Below, piece by piece: positions 18,698 through 30,570 of a stretch of 39,731 bases of DNA. The stretch's first letter is position 1. Every line of letters starts with the position of its first letter. A program made the translations under genes and the position numbers. The DNA is from a virus (Duplodnaviria; Heunggongvirae; Uroviricota; Caudoviricetes), in IMG/VR virus record IMGVR_UViG_2718218171_000002, positions 1-39,731 of that record; one strand, written 5' to 3'. Under the pieces are notes generated by a model. The model did not search any database. It worked only from the letters and a program-made list of their open reading frames with translations, and had not been told where the DNA came from.

Positions 18698-18940
18698 ATG
18701 GCAGAGATTATTCCCATGACTGAAGAACAGAAATTCCAGTTAGAGATTTACAAACTGGTCATGAACCAGAACGCAGCCGCAGAAGAAGCATTTCAGTTCA
18801 TTGGTACTGACGAGTTGAAGCTTGAACTATTCAAAATTCACTTCCAGTCAGGCGGCGCTAATTCAGATATCACGACCCGCACTATCGAAGCGGTGCGTAA
18901 ATCGAAGGAAGCGTTAGACCTGTTTACTACCGGAGCATGA
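18698..18940 (+). CDS. hypothetical protein (80 aa)
   Basis: ORF directly upstream of the small terminase gene. Confidence 0.4.
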   Translation: MAEIIPMTEEQKFQLEIYKLVMNQNAAAEEAFQFIGTDELKLELFKIHFQSGGANSDITTRTIEAVRKSKEALDLFTTGA

Positions 18941-18975
18941 TGCTCAGCCTGAAATAACAACTAAGTGAGATGAAT

Positions 18976-19464
18976 ATGGCAGCACCAAAGGGCAACCGAT
19001 TTTGGGAGGCCCGCAGTAGTCATGGGCGAAATCCTAAATTCGAATCGCCAGAGGCGCTGTGGGCTGCTTGTTGTGAATACTTCGAGTGGGTGGAAGCTAA
19101 CCCGCTATGGGAGATGAAGGCATTCTCGTATCAGGGTGAAGTGATACAAGAGCCTATCGCCAAGATGCGAGCGATGACTATTACAGGCCTCACTCTGTTC
19201 ATTGATGTGACGCTTGAAACATGGCGCACATATCGCCTGCGAGAAGATTTATCTGAAGTCGTTACGCGAGCAGAACAGGTCATCTACGACCAGAAATTCT
19301 CTGGCGCAGCCGCTGACCTTCTCAACGCTAACATCATCGCCCGTGATTTGGGCCTCAAAGAGCAGTCGCAAGTTGAAGACGTGACACCTGATAAGGGAGA
19401 TCGCGATAAGCGACGCTCTCGTATCAAGGAGCTATTCAACCGTGGAACTGGACGCGATTCTTGA
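18976..19464 (+). CDS. 3: terminase small subunit (P22 gp3)
   Basis: 162 aa, near-identical to P22 gp3 as remembered. Confidence 0.85.
   Translation: MAAPKGNRFWEARSSHGRNPKFESPEALWAACCEYFEWVEANPLWEMKAFSYQGEVIQEPIAKMRAMTITGLTLFIDVTLETWRTYRLREDLSEVVTRAEQVIYDQKFSGAAADLLNANIIARDLGLKEQSQVEDVTPDKGDRDKRRSRIKELFNRGTGRDS
19243..19261 (+). other. putative pac site inside the small terminase gene
   Basis: GAAGATTTATCTGAAGTCG matches the P22 pac core as remembered. Confidence 0.45.
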
Positions 19465-20941
19465 TAACCTGAGCGACGAAGAGCAAATCGAATTGCTCGA
19501 GCTACTCGAAGAAGAAGAGAACTACCGGAACACACACCTGCTATATGAATTTACGCCATACAGCAAACAGCGTGAGTTCATCGACGCCGGGCATGACTAT
19601 CCAGAGCGCTGTTTTATGGCTGGTAACCAGCTTGGCAAGTCATTTACTGGTGCTGCTGAAGTCGCGTTTCACCTTACCGGGCGTTATCCGGGCACAAAAG
19701 GCTATCCTGCTGATGGTAAATATGGCGGGGAGTGGAAAGGTAAGCGTTTCTATGAGCCTGTTGTCTTCTGGATTGGCGGAGAGACAAACGAGACTGTAAC
19801 CAAAACGACTCAACGCATCCTGTGCGGTCGTATAGAAGAGAATGGTGAGCCAGGCTACGGTTCCATACCGAAAGAGGACATCATTAGCTGGAAGAAGTCT
19901 CCTTTCTTTCCGAATCTTGTTGATCACCTTCTGGTTAAGCATCACACGGCTGATGGCGTTGAAGATGGCATTTCAATCTGCTACTTCAAACCATACTCGC
20001 AAGGCCGTGCACGCTGGCAGGGTGACACAATCCACGGCGTGTGGTTTGACGAAGAACCACCATACAGCATTTATGGCGAAGGGCTTACCCGTACCAACAA
20101 ATACGGGCAATTCTCAATTCTGACGTTTACCCCGCTGATGGGGATGTCTGACGTTGTTACCAAGTTCCTGAAGAATCCCAGCAAGTCGCAGAAAGTGGTC
20201 AACATGACCATCTACGACGCTGAGCACTACACCGACGAGCAGAAAGAGCAAATCATCGCATCCTATCCCGAGCATGAGAGAGAGGCGCGTGCTCGCGGTA
20301 TTCCTACGATGGGTAGTGGTCGAATCTTCCAGATACCGGAAGAGACGATTAAGTGTCAGCCGTTCGAGTGTCCTGATCACTTCTACGTAATTGGCGGGAT
20401 GGATTTCGGATGGGATCACCCACAGGCGCAGGTTCAGCTTTGGTGGGATAAGGACGCAGACACAATCTACGTTTCACGCGTGTGGAAGGCGAAAGAAAAA
20501 ACAGCTGTTCAGGCATGGGGAGCTGTTAAATCATGGGCGCATAAAGTGCCAACCGCATGGCCTCATGACGGAAACCAGCATGAGAAGGGCGGCGGTGAGC
20601 AGCTCAAAGGGCAGTATGCAGACGCTGGATTTATGATGTTACAGGAGCATGCGACATGGCCTGATGGCGGTAATGCTGTTGAGCCTGGCATCACTGAATT
20701 GCGCGACATGATGCTCGATGGTCGCTTCAAAGTATTCAACACCTGTGAACCATTCTTTGAGGAATTCCGCCTCTATCACCGTGATGAAAACGGGAAGATA
20801 GTCAAGCTTAACGACGACGTGCTATCCGCCGTTCGCTATGCATACATGATGCGCCGCTTCGCAAAAATGATGCGCGACATCAAAAAACCAAAAGAGAAAA
20901 AGATACCAGCCCCAATCAGGCCCATCGCACGGAGAACTTAA
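19442..20941 (+). CDS. 2: terminase large subunit (P22 gp2)
   Basis: 499 aa, P22 gp2-like; GTG start overlapping the end of gene 3. Confidence 0.9.
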   Translation: MELDAILDNLSDEEQIELLELLEEEENYRNTHLLYEFTPYSKQREFIDAGHDYPERCFMAGNQLGKSFTGAAEVAFHLTGRYPGTKGYPADGKYGGEWKGKRFYEPVVFWIGGETNETVTKTTQRILCGRIEENGEPGYGSIPKEDIISWKKSPFFPNLVDHLLVKHHTADGVEDGISICYFKPYSQGRARWQGDTIHGVWFDEEPPYSIYGEGLTRTNKYGQFSILTFTPLMGMSDVVTKFLKNPSKSQKVVNMTIYDAEHYTDEQKEQIIASYPEHEREARARGIPTMGSGRIFQIPEETIKCQPFECPDHFYVIGGMDFGWDHPQAQVQLWWDKDADTIYVSRVWKAKEKTAVQAWGAVKSWAHKVPTAWPHDGNQHEKGGGEQLKGQYADAGFMMLQEHATWPDGGNAVEPGITELRDMMLDGRFKVFNTCEPFFEEFRLYHRDENGKIVKLNDDVLSAVRYAYMMRRFAKMMRDIKKPKEKKIPAPIRPIARRT

Positions 20942-23107
20942 ATGGCCGACGAAAACAGACTCAATTCCATTCTGTGTAAGTTTGACGCAGACTGGATGGC
21001 GAGCGATGAAGCCAGAACCGAGGCGACAAATGACCTGTATTTTAGCCGAGTGTCGCAATGGGATGACTGGCTATCAAACTACACCACCCTGCAATATCGC
21101 GGACAATTCGATGTTGTTCGCCCGGTGGTCAGGAAGCTGGTCGCAGAGATGCGCCGGAACCCTATCGACGTTCTCTTCAGACCAAAAGACGGCGCTAATC
21201 CTGATGCTGCCGATGTGCTGATGGGGATGTATCGTACTGATATGCGCCATAATACGGCAAAAATTGCCGTTAACGTTGGCGTTCGTGAGCAGATAGAGTC
21301 CGGCGTTGGTGCATGGCGTCTGGTCACGCAGTACGAAGACAACGATCCAACAAGCAACAATCAGGTAATCCGACGCCTGCCAATCCATGAAGCCTGCTCA
21401 CACGTCATATGGGACGCCAACAGCAAGCAGATGGATAAGAGCGACGCTAAGCACTGCACGGTGATTAACGCTTTGTCACGCAATGGCTGGAAAGAGTTCG
21501 CAGAGGATTACGGTATTGATCCGGACACGCTGCCATCTTTCCAGAATCCGAACGACACATGGCTGTTTCCGTGGGTATCGAATGATGTCGTCTACGTCGC
21601 CGAGTATTACGAGGTAGAAGAGAAGAAGGAGAAAGTCTTCATCTACCGCGACCCGCTGACAGGTGAGCCGGTCAGCTATTACCAGCAGGATATTAAAGAC
21701 GTTATCGACGACCTGGCTAATCGTGGATTCATTAAGGTAGCAGAGCGCAAGGTGAAGCGTCGGCGTGTGTATAAGTCGATCATCACCTGCACGCAGATAC
21801 TGAAAGATCGCGAGAAGATAGCCGGAGAGCATATCCCAATCGTTCCAGTGTATGGAGAATGGTCATTTGCTGGTGACAAGGAGTGCTACGAAGGCGTGGT
21901 AAGGCTGACGAAAGACGGTCAACGCCTTCGTAACATGATCATGTCGTTCAACGCCGATATTGTTGCTCGTTCACCGAAGAAGAAACCGACCTTCTTCCCT
22001 GAGCAAATCGAAGGCTACGAATACATGTACGGTGGAAATGATGACTATCCGTACTATCTGCAGAACAGGACCGATGAAAACGGTAACGACCTGCCGATTG
22101 GTCCAATCTCCTACATGGAAAACCCTGAAGTGCCGCAAGCCAACGCTTACATGCTTGAGGCTGCCACCAACGCAGTGAAAGAGGTGGCTAGTCTTGGCGT
22201 GGATGCACAGGCAGCAAACTCTCAGGTCGCTTTCGATACCGTCAATCAACTGAACATGCGGTCAGACCTTGAGACATACGTGTTTCAGGATAACCTGGCT
22301 ACCGCAATGCGGCGTGATGGCGAGATTTATGCCTCAATGGTCAATGATATTTATGACGTTCCTCGTCATGTAACGCTGACACTCGAAGATGGAAGCGAGA
22401 AAGACGTTCAACTCTATGCGCAAGTTGTTGATTACCAGTCCGGCAATGTGGTCACACTCAACGACATTCGCGGTCGCTATGAGTGCTATACAGACGTTGG
22501 GCCATCCTTCCAGAGCATGAAGGAACAGAATCGCGCAGAGATTCAGGAGTTGCTAACCAAGGTTCCGCAAGGTACTCCAGAGTTCCAGATGCTGATGCTG
22601 CAATACTTCACGTTGCTTGACGGTAAAGGCGTCGAGATGATGCGAGAGTACGCGAACAAGCAACTGGTGATGATGGGGCTGAAGAAACCAGAAACGCCTG
22701 AAGAGATGGAGATAGTGCAGCAGGCACAACAACAGCCGCAGCAGCCATCAGCAGAGCAAATTCAGGCGCAGGGTATCCTTCTGCAAGGTCAGGCTGAATT
22801 GCTCAAGGCAGAGAACCAACAGGCGCAGATTCAGGTTGAAGCTGCCAAGGTTGAAGCTCAAAACCAACTCAACGCCGCGAAGATTGCAGAAATCTTCAAC
22901 AATATGGACCTCGACAAGCAGGCAGAACTGCGTGAGTACCTCAAGCTCGTAGGTCAATTCCAGCAACAGCGCAGCAAAGATGCTCGTGCTAACGCTGAGC
23001 TGCTTCTTAAAGATGCAGACCAGACTCATTCACAACGCATGGATTTCGCGAATCTTATGCGTCAAGTTCAAATCCCCTCCGGCGGAGTAGCCGAGACACC
23101 TCAATAA
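20942..23107 (+). CDS. 1: portal protein (P22 gp1)
   Basis: 721 aa, P22 portal-like with Gln-rich C-terminal barrel segment. Confidence 0.9.
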   Translation: MADENRLNSILCKFDADWMASDEARTEATNDLYFSRVSQWDDWLSNYTTLQYRGQFDVVRPVVRKLVAEMRRNPIDVLFRPKDGANPDAADVLMGMYRTDMRHNTAKIAVNVGVREQIESGVGAWRLVTQYEDNDPTSNNQVIRRLPIHEACSHVIWDANSKQMDKSDAKHCTVINALSRNGWKEFAEDYGIDPDTLPSFQNPNDTWLFPWVSNDVVYVAEYYEVEEKKEKVFIYRDPLTGEPVSYYQQDIKDVIDDLANRGFIKVAERKVKRRRVYKSIITCTQILKDREKIAGEHIPIVPVYGEWSFAGDKECYEGVVRLTKDGQRLRNMIMSFNADIVARSPKKKPTFFPEQIEGYEYMYGGNDDYPYYLQNRTDENGNDLPIGPISYMENPEVPQANAYMLEAATNAVKEVASLGVDAQAANSQVAFDTVNQLNMRSDLETYVFQDNLATAMRRDGEIYASMVNDIYDVPRHVTLTLEDGSEKDVQLYAQVVDYQSGNVVTLNDIRGRYECYTDVGPSFQSMKEQNRAEIQELLTKVPQGTPEFQMLMLQYFTLLDGKGVEMMREYANKQLVMMGLKKPETPEEMEIVQQAQQQPQQPSAEQIQAQGILLQGQAELLKAENQQAQIQVEAAKVEAQNQLNAAKIAEIFNNMDLDKQAELREYLKLVGQFQQQRSKDARANAELLLKDADQTHSQRMDFANLMRQVQIPSGGVAETPQ

Positions 23108-23120
23108 GAGAGAGTTAATC

Positions 23121-24032
23121 ATGGACCAAACCACCGACATTCAGGCTTCTGAAGAATTAACCCTGCCCGGCAATCATGCAGCGGCATCTGCTGATGGCTT
23201 AGTTGTCGATAATGCCAACGACAACGCAGGTCAGGAAGAAGGCTTCGAGATTGTCCTGAAAGACGATGAGAAACCAAAACAAGACCCGGCAACTAATGCT
23301 GAATTTGCCCGTCGCCGCATCGAACGCAAACGCCAGCGTGAGCTTGAGCAGCAGATGGAAGCGGTTAAGCGTGGAGAGTTGCCGGAGCACCTGCGGGTGA
23401 ACCCTGAGTTACCAAAACAACCAGACCCTAACGATTATCTTTCCGAAGATGCACTGGCTAAGTACGACTATGACCAGAGCCGCGCACTGGCTGCCTTCCA
23501 GCAGGCAAACAGTGAATGGCAGATCAAGGCTATGGACGCACGAAGCCAGGCTGTCGCCGAGCAGGGTCGCAAAACTCAGGAGTTCACCCAGCAATCAGCG
23601 CAATACGTCGAGGCAGCCCGTAAGCACTACGACGCAGCGGAAAAGCTCAATATCCCTGACTATCAGGAGAAAGAGGATGCATTCATGCAACTGGTGCCGC
23701 CAGCAGTCGGTGCCGACATCATGCGCCTCTTCCCGGAGAAATCCGCTGCTCTCATGTATCACCTTGGTGCTAATCCTGAGAAAACACGCCAGTTGCTGGC
23801 GATGGACGGGCAATCCGCGCTGATTGAACTCACTCGACTGTCAGAACGTTTAACTCTCAAGCCTCGAGCCAAACCTGTTTCAGAAGCCCCGCTACCTGAT
23901 GAACCCATTCAGGGACACGCTGTTGCTGCAAATATATCTGCGATTGAAAAGCAGATGGAAGCGGCAGCAAACAAAGGGGATGTAGAGACATACCGCAAGC
24001 TCAAGGCGCAACTGAATAAAGGAATTCGATAA
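23121..24032 (+). CDS. 8: scaffolding protein (P22 gp8)
   Basis: 303 aa, P22 gp8 size and sequence. Confidence 0.85.
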   Translation: MDQTTDIQASEELTLPGNHAAASADGLVVDNANDNAGQEEGFEIVLKDDEKPKQDPATNAEFARRRIERKRQRELEQQMEAVKRGELPEHLRVNPELPKQPDPNDYLSEDALAKYDYDQSRALAAFQQANSEWQIKAMDARSQAVAEQGRKTQEFTQQSAQYVEAARKHYDAAEKLNIPDYQEKEDAFMQLVPPAVGADIMRLFPEKSAALMYHLGANPEKTRQLLAMDGQSALIELTRLSERLTLKPRAKPVSEAPLPDEPIQGHAVAANISAIEKQMEAAANKGDVETYRKLKAQLNKGIR

Positions 24033-24554
24033 TTATTTCGATATCGTGATGTTGTTTTCCTCGTCAAACTTTCTGATTACTTCTCTCGCCTCTTCGAATG
24101 AAGAACATACTTTTTGCACTCTTGCATTAAGCAGTCGCTTATGAGCGATCCATCTTTTCCGCGTGTTGCAAAAGTAAACTCCAGATATTCCGCTGGAGTT
24201 ATTTTTAGATAGTTTGATTCTATTCCTTTGGTTTGCTGATTTTTTCACAAGACGAAGATTTTCAATTCTGTTGTCGTGGCGAATCCCATTTATATGGTCA
24301 ATTTCCATGCCTTCTGGAATATCTCCGTTAAACATCACCCATACGATGCGGTGTGCTAGCCACTTAATGCCGTTAATTCTTATGCGGATATATCCATTGC
24401 TTTCTAAAAGACCAGCAACTTTCCCAGCGTGTTTTGCATTCCAAACGTTGTGATAGTTGCGATTCTTTTTGTTGTTGAAAAATTCAGAGCTTCTGGCTTT
24501 CCAAACCAAAGAGCCATCGCGGTATTCGAAGTATTCATTCAGTTCCATGCTCAT
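24033..24554 (-). CDS. HNH homing endonuclease (HNH_3 plus AP2-like DNA-binding domain)
   Basis: 173 aa; motif EIDHINGIRHDNRIENLRLV and C-terminal GISGVYF..RKRW; AT-rich; antisense to the late operon. Confidence 0.75.
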   Translation of the reverse strand: MSMELNEYFEYRDGSLVWKARSSEFFNNKKNRNYHNVWNAKHAGKVAGLLESNGYIRIRINGIKWLAHRIVWVMFNGDIPEGMEIDHINGIRHDNRIENLRLVKKSANQRNRIKLSKNNSSGISGVYFCNTRKRWIAHKRLLNARVQKVCSSFEEAREVIRKFDEENNITISK

Positions 24555-24561
24555 AACCCTA

Positions 24562-24598
24562 ATGCGCTATATGTTGATATAACAATAGTATAGCGCAT
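24562..24598. repeat. 10-bp perfect inverted repeat (ATGCGCTATA / TATAGCGCAT) between HNH start and coat RBS
   Basis: Read directly from the sequence; 16-17 bp spacer. Confidence 0.6.
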
Positions 24599-24621
24599 AA
24601 AGAAAGTAAGGTATTCAATAT

Positions 24622-25917
24622 ATGACTCTCAAAGAAGGGCAGTTAGTTACTTACGCTATCGATGAAATCATCGAAACCATCCAGAACCTGACGCCAATGG
24701 CGTCCAAAGTGACAAAATACACCCCTCCGGCAGAATCCATGCAACGTTCAAGCAACACCGTGTGGATGCCTGTTGAGCAGGAAGCGCCAACTCAGACTGG
24801 CTGGGATTTAACTGGCAACGCAACCGGGATTCTGGAACTCTCCGTGAAATGCAATATGGGCGATCCGGATAACGATTTCTTCGAGCTTCGTGCAGATGAC
24901 CTGCGTGATGAGCGTTCTTACCGTCGCCGCATCCAGGCATCCGCCAAAAAACTGGCGAATAACATTGAGTCAGCGATTGCCAAACAGGCAACTGAAATGG
25001 GCTCGCTTGTTGTTCACGATACCCGCGCAATTGGTCCATCTACTGGCCTGTCTGGCTGGGATTTTGTGTCTGATGCAGAGCGCCTGATGTTCTCCCGTGA
25101 GCTAAACCGCGATATGGGCATCAGTTACTTCCTGAACCCTGACGATTACCGCAAAGCAGGCCGCAACCTGGTAGATGGTGACATCTTTGGGCGCGTTCCT
25201 GAAGAAGCGTATCGTAACGGTACTATTCAGCGCCAGATTGCTGGCTTTGATGAAATTCTTCGCTCACCGAAACTTCCGGCAGTTACCAAGTCAACCGCTA
25301 CTGGTGTAACTGTTTCTGGTGCGCAGAAGTTTAAGCCGCAGGCATACACCCTTGATACCGATGGTAACAAAGAGAACGTCGACAACCGTGTTGCAACGGT
25401 GACCGTATCCTCCACCACCGGATTTAAGCGCGGAGACAAAATCAGCTTCACTGGTGTGAAATTCCTGTCTCAGATGGCGAAGAACGTGCTGACTGATGAT
25501 GCTACTTTCTCAATCACCCGTGTGATCGATGGTACTCACATCGAAATCACGCCGAAGCCGATTGCGCTTGATGACTCTTCACTGACAAAAGAAGAGAAGG
25601 CTTACGCTAACGTAAACACCTCTCTTGCTGATTCCACTCCGGTAAACGTTCTGAACGTGGCAACAACCACCGCCAACGTGTTCTGGGCTGATGACTCAAT
25701 CCGCCTGCTGTCTCAGCCGATTCCGGTAACCCATGAACTGTTTGCTGGCATGAAAACGTCTTCCTTCAGCATTCCTGGTATTGGTGTTAACGGCATCTTC
25801 GCAACGCAGGGTGATATCAATACTCTGTCTGGTAAGTGCCGTATTGCTGTGTGGTATTCAGCATGTGCTGTACGGCCAGAGGCAATTGGTGTTGGTCTGC
25901 CTAACCAGACCGCGTGA
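24622..25917 (+). CDS. 5: major capsid (coat) protein (P22 gp5)
   Basis: 431 aa, P22 coat-like throughout. Confidence 0.9.
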   Translation: MTLKEGQLVTYAIDEIIETIQNLTPMASKVTKYTPPAESMQRSSNTVWMPVEQEAPTQTGWDLTGNATGILELSVKCNMGDPDNDFFELRADDLRDERSYRRRIQASAKKLANNIESAIAKQATEMGSLVVHDTRAIGPSTGLSGWDFVSDAERLMFSRELNRDMGISYFLNPDDYRKAGRNLVDGDIFGRVPEEAYRNGTIQRQIAGFDEILRSPKLPAVTKSTATGVTVSGAQKFKPQAYTLDTDGNKENVDNRVATVTVSSTTGFKRGDKISFTGVKFLSQMAKNVLTDDATFSITRVIDGTHIEITPKPIALDDSSLTKEEKAYANVNTSLADSTPVNVLNVATTTANVFWADDSIRLLSQPIPVTHELFAGMKTSSFSIPGIGVNGIFATQGDINTLSGKCRIAVWYSACAVRPEAIGVGLPNQTA

Positions 25918-25925
25918 TAACCAGA

Positions 25926-25946
25926 GGGAGCTTCGGCTCCCTTTTC
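25926..25946 (+). terminator. intrinsic terminator after coat gene (UUCG tetraloop hairpin)
   Basis: GGGAGC-UUCG-GCUCCC followed by TTTTCTATT. Confidence 0.6.
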
Positions 25947-25960
25947 TATTGGAGATACCA

Positions 25961-26560
25961 ATGAGCGTAATGATTTTTCAGGCTGGCGGAGATACCAAAA
26001 TCTGGGGGCGCAAGCTGAAAACGAAAACCGTTGATCCTGATGATGTAGCTGTGCACTTAGCAAATGGCTGGTATAAGCACCCTGACGATGTTCCTGATGA
26101 TCCTCTTGTTGGTGATCAAATTGGGAATGTTGGCGGAGGTGAAACTTCCCCAGTTGATATGGGCGAAGTGTCCGACGGTTATCACACTTTTAACGAGCTT
26201 TACGCTCACCGAGTGCGACTCTTCTCATCGCTGATGCATGCTTACGCTGAGTTTTCGTGGTGGTCTCGCAAACACAGTGACGGTGAAGAGTGGGATGGCT
26301 GGATCATTGCTGGTATCACCACTCCAGAAGGCGAAATCACTTATCACCTACCTGTTGAAGAAATCGAGTTCCTTCCTGAAGGTACTGAGCTTGAGTTCGG
26401 GAAAGAGTGGGATGGTCATGAAGCAAATGATGTTCTTGGACGACTCCTGAGTTTGCGTCCGGCTATTGCAGAGCCAGAGCCAGAGCCAGAAGAAAAACAG
26501 CGTAAAAAGCCTGGTCGAAAACCTAAGGCGGCAGCAGATGAACCTGACAACGAAGGGTGA
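25961..26560 (+). CDS. hypothetical protein (199 aa) between coat and gene 4
   Basis: ATG preceded by GGAG RBS just after the coat terminator; C-terminal EPEPEPEE plus Lys-rich tail; overlaps gene 4 start. Confidence 0.5.
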   Translation: MSVMIFQAGGDTKIWGRKLKTKTVDPDDVAVHLANGWYKHPDDVPDDPLVGDQIGNVGGGETSPVDMGEVSDGYHTFNELYAHRVRLFSSLMHAYAEFSWWSRKHSDGEEWDGWIIAGITTPEGEITYHLPVEEIEFLPEGTELEFGKEWDGHEANDVLGRLLSLRPAIAEPEPEPEEKQRKKPGRKPKAAADEPDNEG

Positions 26561-27038
26561 TTTAGTTCTTGCGGCATTACGTAAGCTCGGTGTGGCATCA
26601 AATGCCACGTTAACCGATGTCGAACCTCAGTCCATGGAAGATGGTGTCAACGACCTTGAAATGATGATGGCTGAATGGCTTGGCGGTGATGCGTCACCAG
26701 GTATCAACGTTGGCTACATTTTCGCTGATGCAGATGTCGCTCCGGATCCGGGCGATGAGCACGGTTTATCAAATAACGCTATCAATGCCGTCATTTTTAA
26801 CCTTGCCTGCCGCATTGCTCCAGATTATGCGCTGGAAGCGTCTGCAAAACTTATAACCACTGCCAGATACGGGAAAGAGCGACTCGTCAAACTGTCTGCA
26901 ATGGATAGGGCAAAAGCCGCTAAATGTAAGTCCGGTTATCCAAACCGTATGCCTGTTGGTAGCGGTAACCAGTTGGCGAAGTGGAACGGTTGGAATTACT
27001 TCCACCGGAAGGAACCTTGCGATAACGGGGGCGAATAA
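26538..27038 (+). CDS. 4: head completion / tail accessory protein (P22 gp4)
   Basis: 166 aa; [25 protein letters not shown] block matches P22 gp4 as remembered. Confidence 0.8.
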   Translation: MNLTTKGDLVLAALRKLGVASNATLTDVEPQSMEDGVNDLEMMMAEWLGGDASPGINVGYIFADADVAPDPGDEHGLSNNAINAVIFNLACRIAPDYALEASAKLITTARYGKERLVKLSAMDRAKAAKCKSGYPNRMPVGSGNQLAKWNGWNYFHRKEPCDNGGE

Positions 27039-28457
27039 ATGCCGATTCAGCAACTTCCGCTTATGAAAGGTGTCGGCAAAGACTTCCGAAACGCCGACTA
27101 TATCGACTATCTGCCAGTGAATATGCTGGCTACTCCCAAAGAAATACTCAACAGCAGCGGATATCTTCGCTCATTCCCGGGCATTGCCAAACGTTCTGAT
27201 GTGAACGGTGTATCGCGCGGAGTCGAGTACAACATGGCGCAGAATGCTGTTTATCGCGTTTGCGGTGGCAAGTTGTATAAGGGTGAAAGCGAAGTCGGTG
27301 ACGTCGCCGGAAGTGGTCGCGTATCAATGGCGCATGGTCGAACATCTCAGGCGGTAGGCGTTAATGGTCAACTGATCGAGTATCGCTATGATGGTACGGT
27401 TAAAACCGTCTCAAACTGGCCTACAGACAGTGGATTCACTCAGTATGAGTTAGGTTCAGTTCGCGACATTACGCGCTTACGTGGGCGTTATGCGTGGTCA
27501 AAAGACGGAACTGATTCATGGTTTATCACTGATCCTGAAGACGAATCGCATCCTGACCGTTACAGCGCACAATATCGTGCCGAGTCTCAGCCGGACGGCA
27601 TCATCGGTATCGGGACATGGCGAGACTTCATCGTCTGCTTTGGTTCATCGACTATTGAATATTTCTCCCTTACTGGCGCAACCACCGTTGGTGCTGCTTT
27701 GTATGTCGCACAGCCATCACTGATGGTGCAAAAAGGCATCGCCGGGACTTACTGCAAAACGCCGTTTGCTGATTCGTATGCGTTCATCAGCAATCCGGCA
27801 ACGGGTGCGCCGTCTGTGTATATCATCGGCTCCGGTCAGGTGTCACCAATTGCCAGCGCGAGCATTGAGAAAATCCTCCGCTCCTACACTGCTGATGAAC
27901 TGGCTGATGGTGTGATGGAATCGCTGCGGTTTGATGCTCATGAGTTGCTGATTATCCACCTTCCTCGCCATGTTCTCGTGTACGACGCATCTTCAAGCGC
28001 CAATGGTCCGCAATGGTGTGTACTGAAAACAGGCTTGTATGACGATGTGTACCGCGCTATCGACTTCATTTACGAAGGAAATCAGATAACGTGCGGCGAT
28101 AAGCTGGAATCGGTGAACGGGAAATTGCAGTTCGATATCAGCAGTCAGTATGGGCTTCAACAGGAACACCTGCTGTTTACTCCACTGTTCAAAGCGGATA
28201 ACGCCAGATGCTTCGATCTGGAGGTGGAATCATCCACTGGCGTAGCTCAGTACGCCGACCGCCTGTTCCTCTCTGCAACCACTGACGGCATCAATTACGG
28301 GCGTGAGCAGATGATTGAGCAGAATGAACCGTTCGTTTACGACAAACGAGTTTTGTGGAAGAAAGTAGGGCGCATCAGGAAAAACATTGGTTTCAAATTG
28401 CGCGTTATCACGAAGTCACCTGTCACTCTGTCTGGCGCTCAGATAAGGATTGAGTAA
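27039..28457 (+). CDS. 10: tail accessory protein (P22 gp10)
   Basis: 472 aa, P22 gp10 size and position. Confidence 0.8.
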   Translation: MPIQQLPLMKGVGKDFRNADYIDYLPVNMLATPKEILNSSGYLRSFPGIAKRSDVNGVSRGVEYNMAQNAVYRVCGGKLYKGESEVGDVAGSGRVSMAHGRTSQAVGVNGQLIEYRYDGTVKTVSNWPTDSGFTQYELGSVRDITRLRGRYAWSKDGTDSWFITDPEDESHPDRYSAQYRAESQPDGIIGIGTWRDFIVCFGSSTIEYFSLTGATTVGAALYVAQPSLMVQKGIAGTYCKTPFADSYAFISNPATGAPSVYIIGSGQVSPIASASIEKILRSYTADELADGVMESLRFDAHELLIIHLPRHVLVYDASSSANGPQWCVLKTGLYDDVYRAIDFIYEGNQITCGDKLESVNGKLQFDISSQYGLQQEHLLFTPLFKADNARCFDLEVESSTGVAQYADRLFLSATTDGINYGREQMIEQNEPFVYDKRVLWKKVGRIRKNIGFKLRVITKSPVTLSGAQIRIE

Positions 28458-29410
28458 TGGCGGATTCGAATCTCAATGTGCCGGTAACCATTCAGGCCAC
28501 ACGGCTCGATACATCAGTTCTTCCACGCAATATCTTCTCGCAGTCGTATCTGCTTTACGTTATCGCACAGGGCACTGATGTTGGTAACGTGGCTAACAAG
28601 GCTAACGAAGCAGGGAAGGGTGCTTATGATGCACAGGTGAAGAATGATGAGCAGGATGTCACCCTTGCAGACCATGAATCCAGAATTGAAGCTGCTGAAG
28701 CAACTCTCATCAATCATGAAAATAGAATTGCAGCAGCGGAAAGCACTCTTGCAGATCATGAAACAAGGATTACGGCTGCTGAAACAGAGCTGGCTGATCA
28801 CGAGACGCGAATTGCTGCCAATGAATCTGAGTTAGCAAACCATGATGCGCGCATAACTCAGAATACAACCGATATCGACGCACTTGATACCAGGCTCACA
28901 GCGGCAGAGGGAAGTATTTCGACGCTACAAAGCACAGTTGGTGATCACTCAACAAGAATATCTGCGCTTGAGTATGCCACCACGCGCAAGAAATCAGAGG
29001 TTGTTTACTCAGGAGTATCTGTAACCATCCCGACAGCGCCGACCAACCTTGTTAGCCTGCTGAAAACGCTCACGCCGTCATCCGGCACGTTGGCACCATT
29101 CTTCGACACCGTTAACGACAAGATGGTTGTGTTCAACGAGAACAAAACCTTGTTCTTCAAGCTGTCGATCGTCGGGACGTGGCCCAGCGGAACCGCCAAC
29201 AGGTCAATGCAGCTAACCTTTTCAGGCTCTGTTCCTGACACACTGGTAAGCAGCCGCAACTCGGCGACAACGACAGATAACATCCTGTTAGCTACGTTCT
29301 TCAGCGTGGATAAAGACGGCTTTCTTGCCACAAATGGCAGCACGTTAACCATTCAGTCTAATGGTGCGGCGTTTACTGCCACAACCATCAAGATAATCGC
29401 GGAGCAGTAA
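28457..29410 (+). CDS. 26: tail needle protein (P22 gp26-like) with extended C-terminal domain
   Basis: Conserved gp26 N-terminus ([35 protein letters not shown]), heptad coiled-coil repeats, 317 aa vs 233 aa in P22. Confidence 0.75.
   Translation: MADSNLNVPVTIQATRLDTSVLPRNIFSQSYLLYVIAQGTDVGNVANKANEAGKGAYDAQVKNDEQDVTLADHESRIEAAEATLINHENRIAAAESTLADHETRITAAETELADHETRIAANESELANHDARITQNTTDIDALDTRLTAAEGSISTLQSTVGDHSTRISALEYATTRKKSEVVYSGVSVTIPTAPTNLVSLLKTLTPSSGTLAPFFDTVNDKMVVFNENKTLFFKLSIVGTWPSGTANRSMQLTFSGSVPDTLVSSRNSATTTDNILLATFFSVDKDGFLATNGSTLTIQSNGAAFTATTIKIIAEQ
28664..28873 (+). repeat. five tandem 42-bp repeats encoding LADHE(S/T)RIxAAExx units
   Basis: Read directly from nucleotide and protein sequence within the needle gene. 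Confidence 0.7.
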
Positions 29411-29865
29411 TGATTCAGTTCAAACCAACGCGAAACATCGACCTGATCGAAGCAGTCGGAAATCACCCTGACATTATTGCCGGAAGCAACAACGGTGATG
29501 GATACGACTACAAGCCTGAATGCCGTTACTTTGAGGTGAACGTGCACGGTCAGTTTGGCGGCATTGTTTACTATCAGGAGATTCAGCCGCTGACATTCGA
29601 TTGCCACGCCATGTACCTGCCAGAGGTTCGCGGATTCAGCAAGGAAATCGGTCTGGCGTTCTGGCGATACATTCTGATTAACACCACCGTTCAGTGCGTC
29701 ACATCGTTCGCTGCACGCAAATTCCGCCACGGGCAGATGTACTGCGCAATGATTGGCCTTAAGCGTGTAGGAACTATCAAGAAATACTTCAAAGGCGTGG
29801 ATGACGTGACGTTTTACAGCGCCACACGCGAAGAACTAATCGACTTCCTGAATCACGGGAGATAG
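29410..29865 (+). CDS. 14: tail accessory protein (P22 gp14-like)
   Basis: 151 aa; gene order and TAATG coupling. Confidence 0.7.
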   Translation: MIQFKPTRNIDLIEAVGNHPDIIAGSNNGDGYDYKPECRYFEVNVHGQFGGIVYYQEIQPLTFDCHAMYLPEVRGFSKEIGLAFWRYILINTTVQCVTSFAARKFRHGQMYCAMIGLKRVGTIKKYFKGVDDVTFYSATREELIDFLNHGR

Positions 29866-29867
29866 CC

Positions 29868-30560
29868 ATGTTATATGCATTTAAACTGGGCAGAAAACTG
29901 CGCGGCGAGGAACCTTATTGCCCTGAAAAAGGCGGGAAAGGTGGCAGTTCTGATAAAAGCGCAAAGTATGCAGCAGAAGCTCAGAAGTATGCAGCAGACC
30001 TGCAAAATCAGCAGTTCAACACCATCATGAACAACCTGAAGCCGTTTACTCCTCTGGCTGATAAGTATGTCGGCAGCCTCGAGAACTTATCGTCTCTGGA
30101 AGGGCAAGGTCAGGCACTTAACCAGTATTACAACTCTCAGCAGTACAAAGATCTTGCTGGTCAGGCTCGCTATCAGAGTCTGGCGGCAGCGGAAGCAACA
30201 GGTGGATTGGGTTCCACTGCAACCGGTAATCAGTTAGCAACAATCGCACCAACGCTTGGTCAGCAATGGCTATCTGGACAAATGAACAATTACAACAACC
30301 TGGCAAATATCGGTCTTGGCGCTCTTCAGGGACAGGCAAACGCCGGGCAAACATATGCCAACAACATGAGTCAGATTTCACAGCAAAGCGCGGCGCTGGC
30401 TGCGGCAAACGCCAACCGACCGTCAGCATTGCAGCAGGGGGTTAGTGGTGCTGCATCCGGTGCACTTTTGGGTGGTGGCATAGCCAGTGCTCTCGAGCTA
30501 TCAACTCCGTGGGGTGCTGGTATCGGTGCTGGTCTTGGTCTGCTTGGCTCGTTGTTTTAA
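29868..30560 (+). CDS. 7: ejection protein (P22 gp7-like)
   Basis: 230 aa; Gly/Ala/Gln-rich; gene order. Confidence 0.7.
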   Translation: MLYAFKLGRKLRGEEPYCPEKGGKGGSSDKSAKYAAEAQKYAADLQNQQFNTIMNNLKPFTPLADKYVGSLENLSSLEGQGQALNQYYNSQQYKDLAGQARYQSLAAAEATGGLGSTATGNQLATIAPTLGQQWLSGQMNNYNNLANIGLGALQGQANAGQTYANNMSQISQQSAALAAANANRPSALQQGVSGAASGALLGGGIASALELSTPWGAGIGAGLGLLGSLF

Positions 30561-30570
30561 GGGGTAATCA

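Noticed and set aside
21074-21388. Antisense ORFs within the portal gene
   Set aside because: Embedded in a well-supported CDS; typical spurious antisense ORFs.
25781-25960. Upstream extension of the 199-aa ORF overlapping the coat gene
   Set aside because: Overlaps the coat coding sequence and the terminator; the ATG at 25961 with a GGAG RBS is the credible start.
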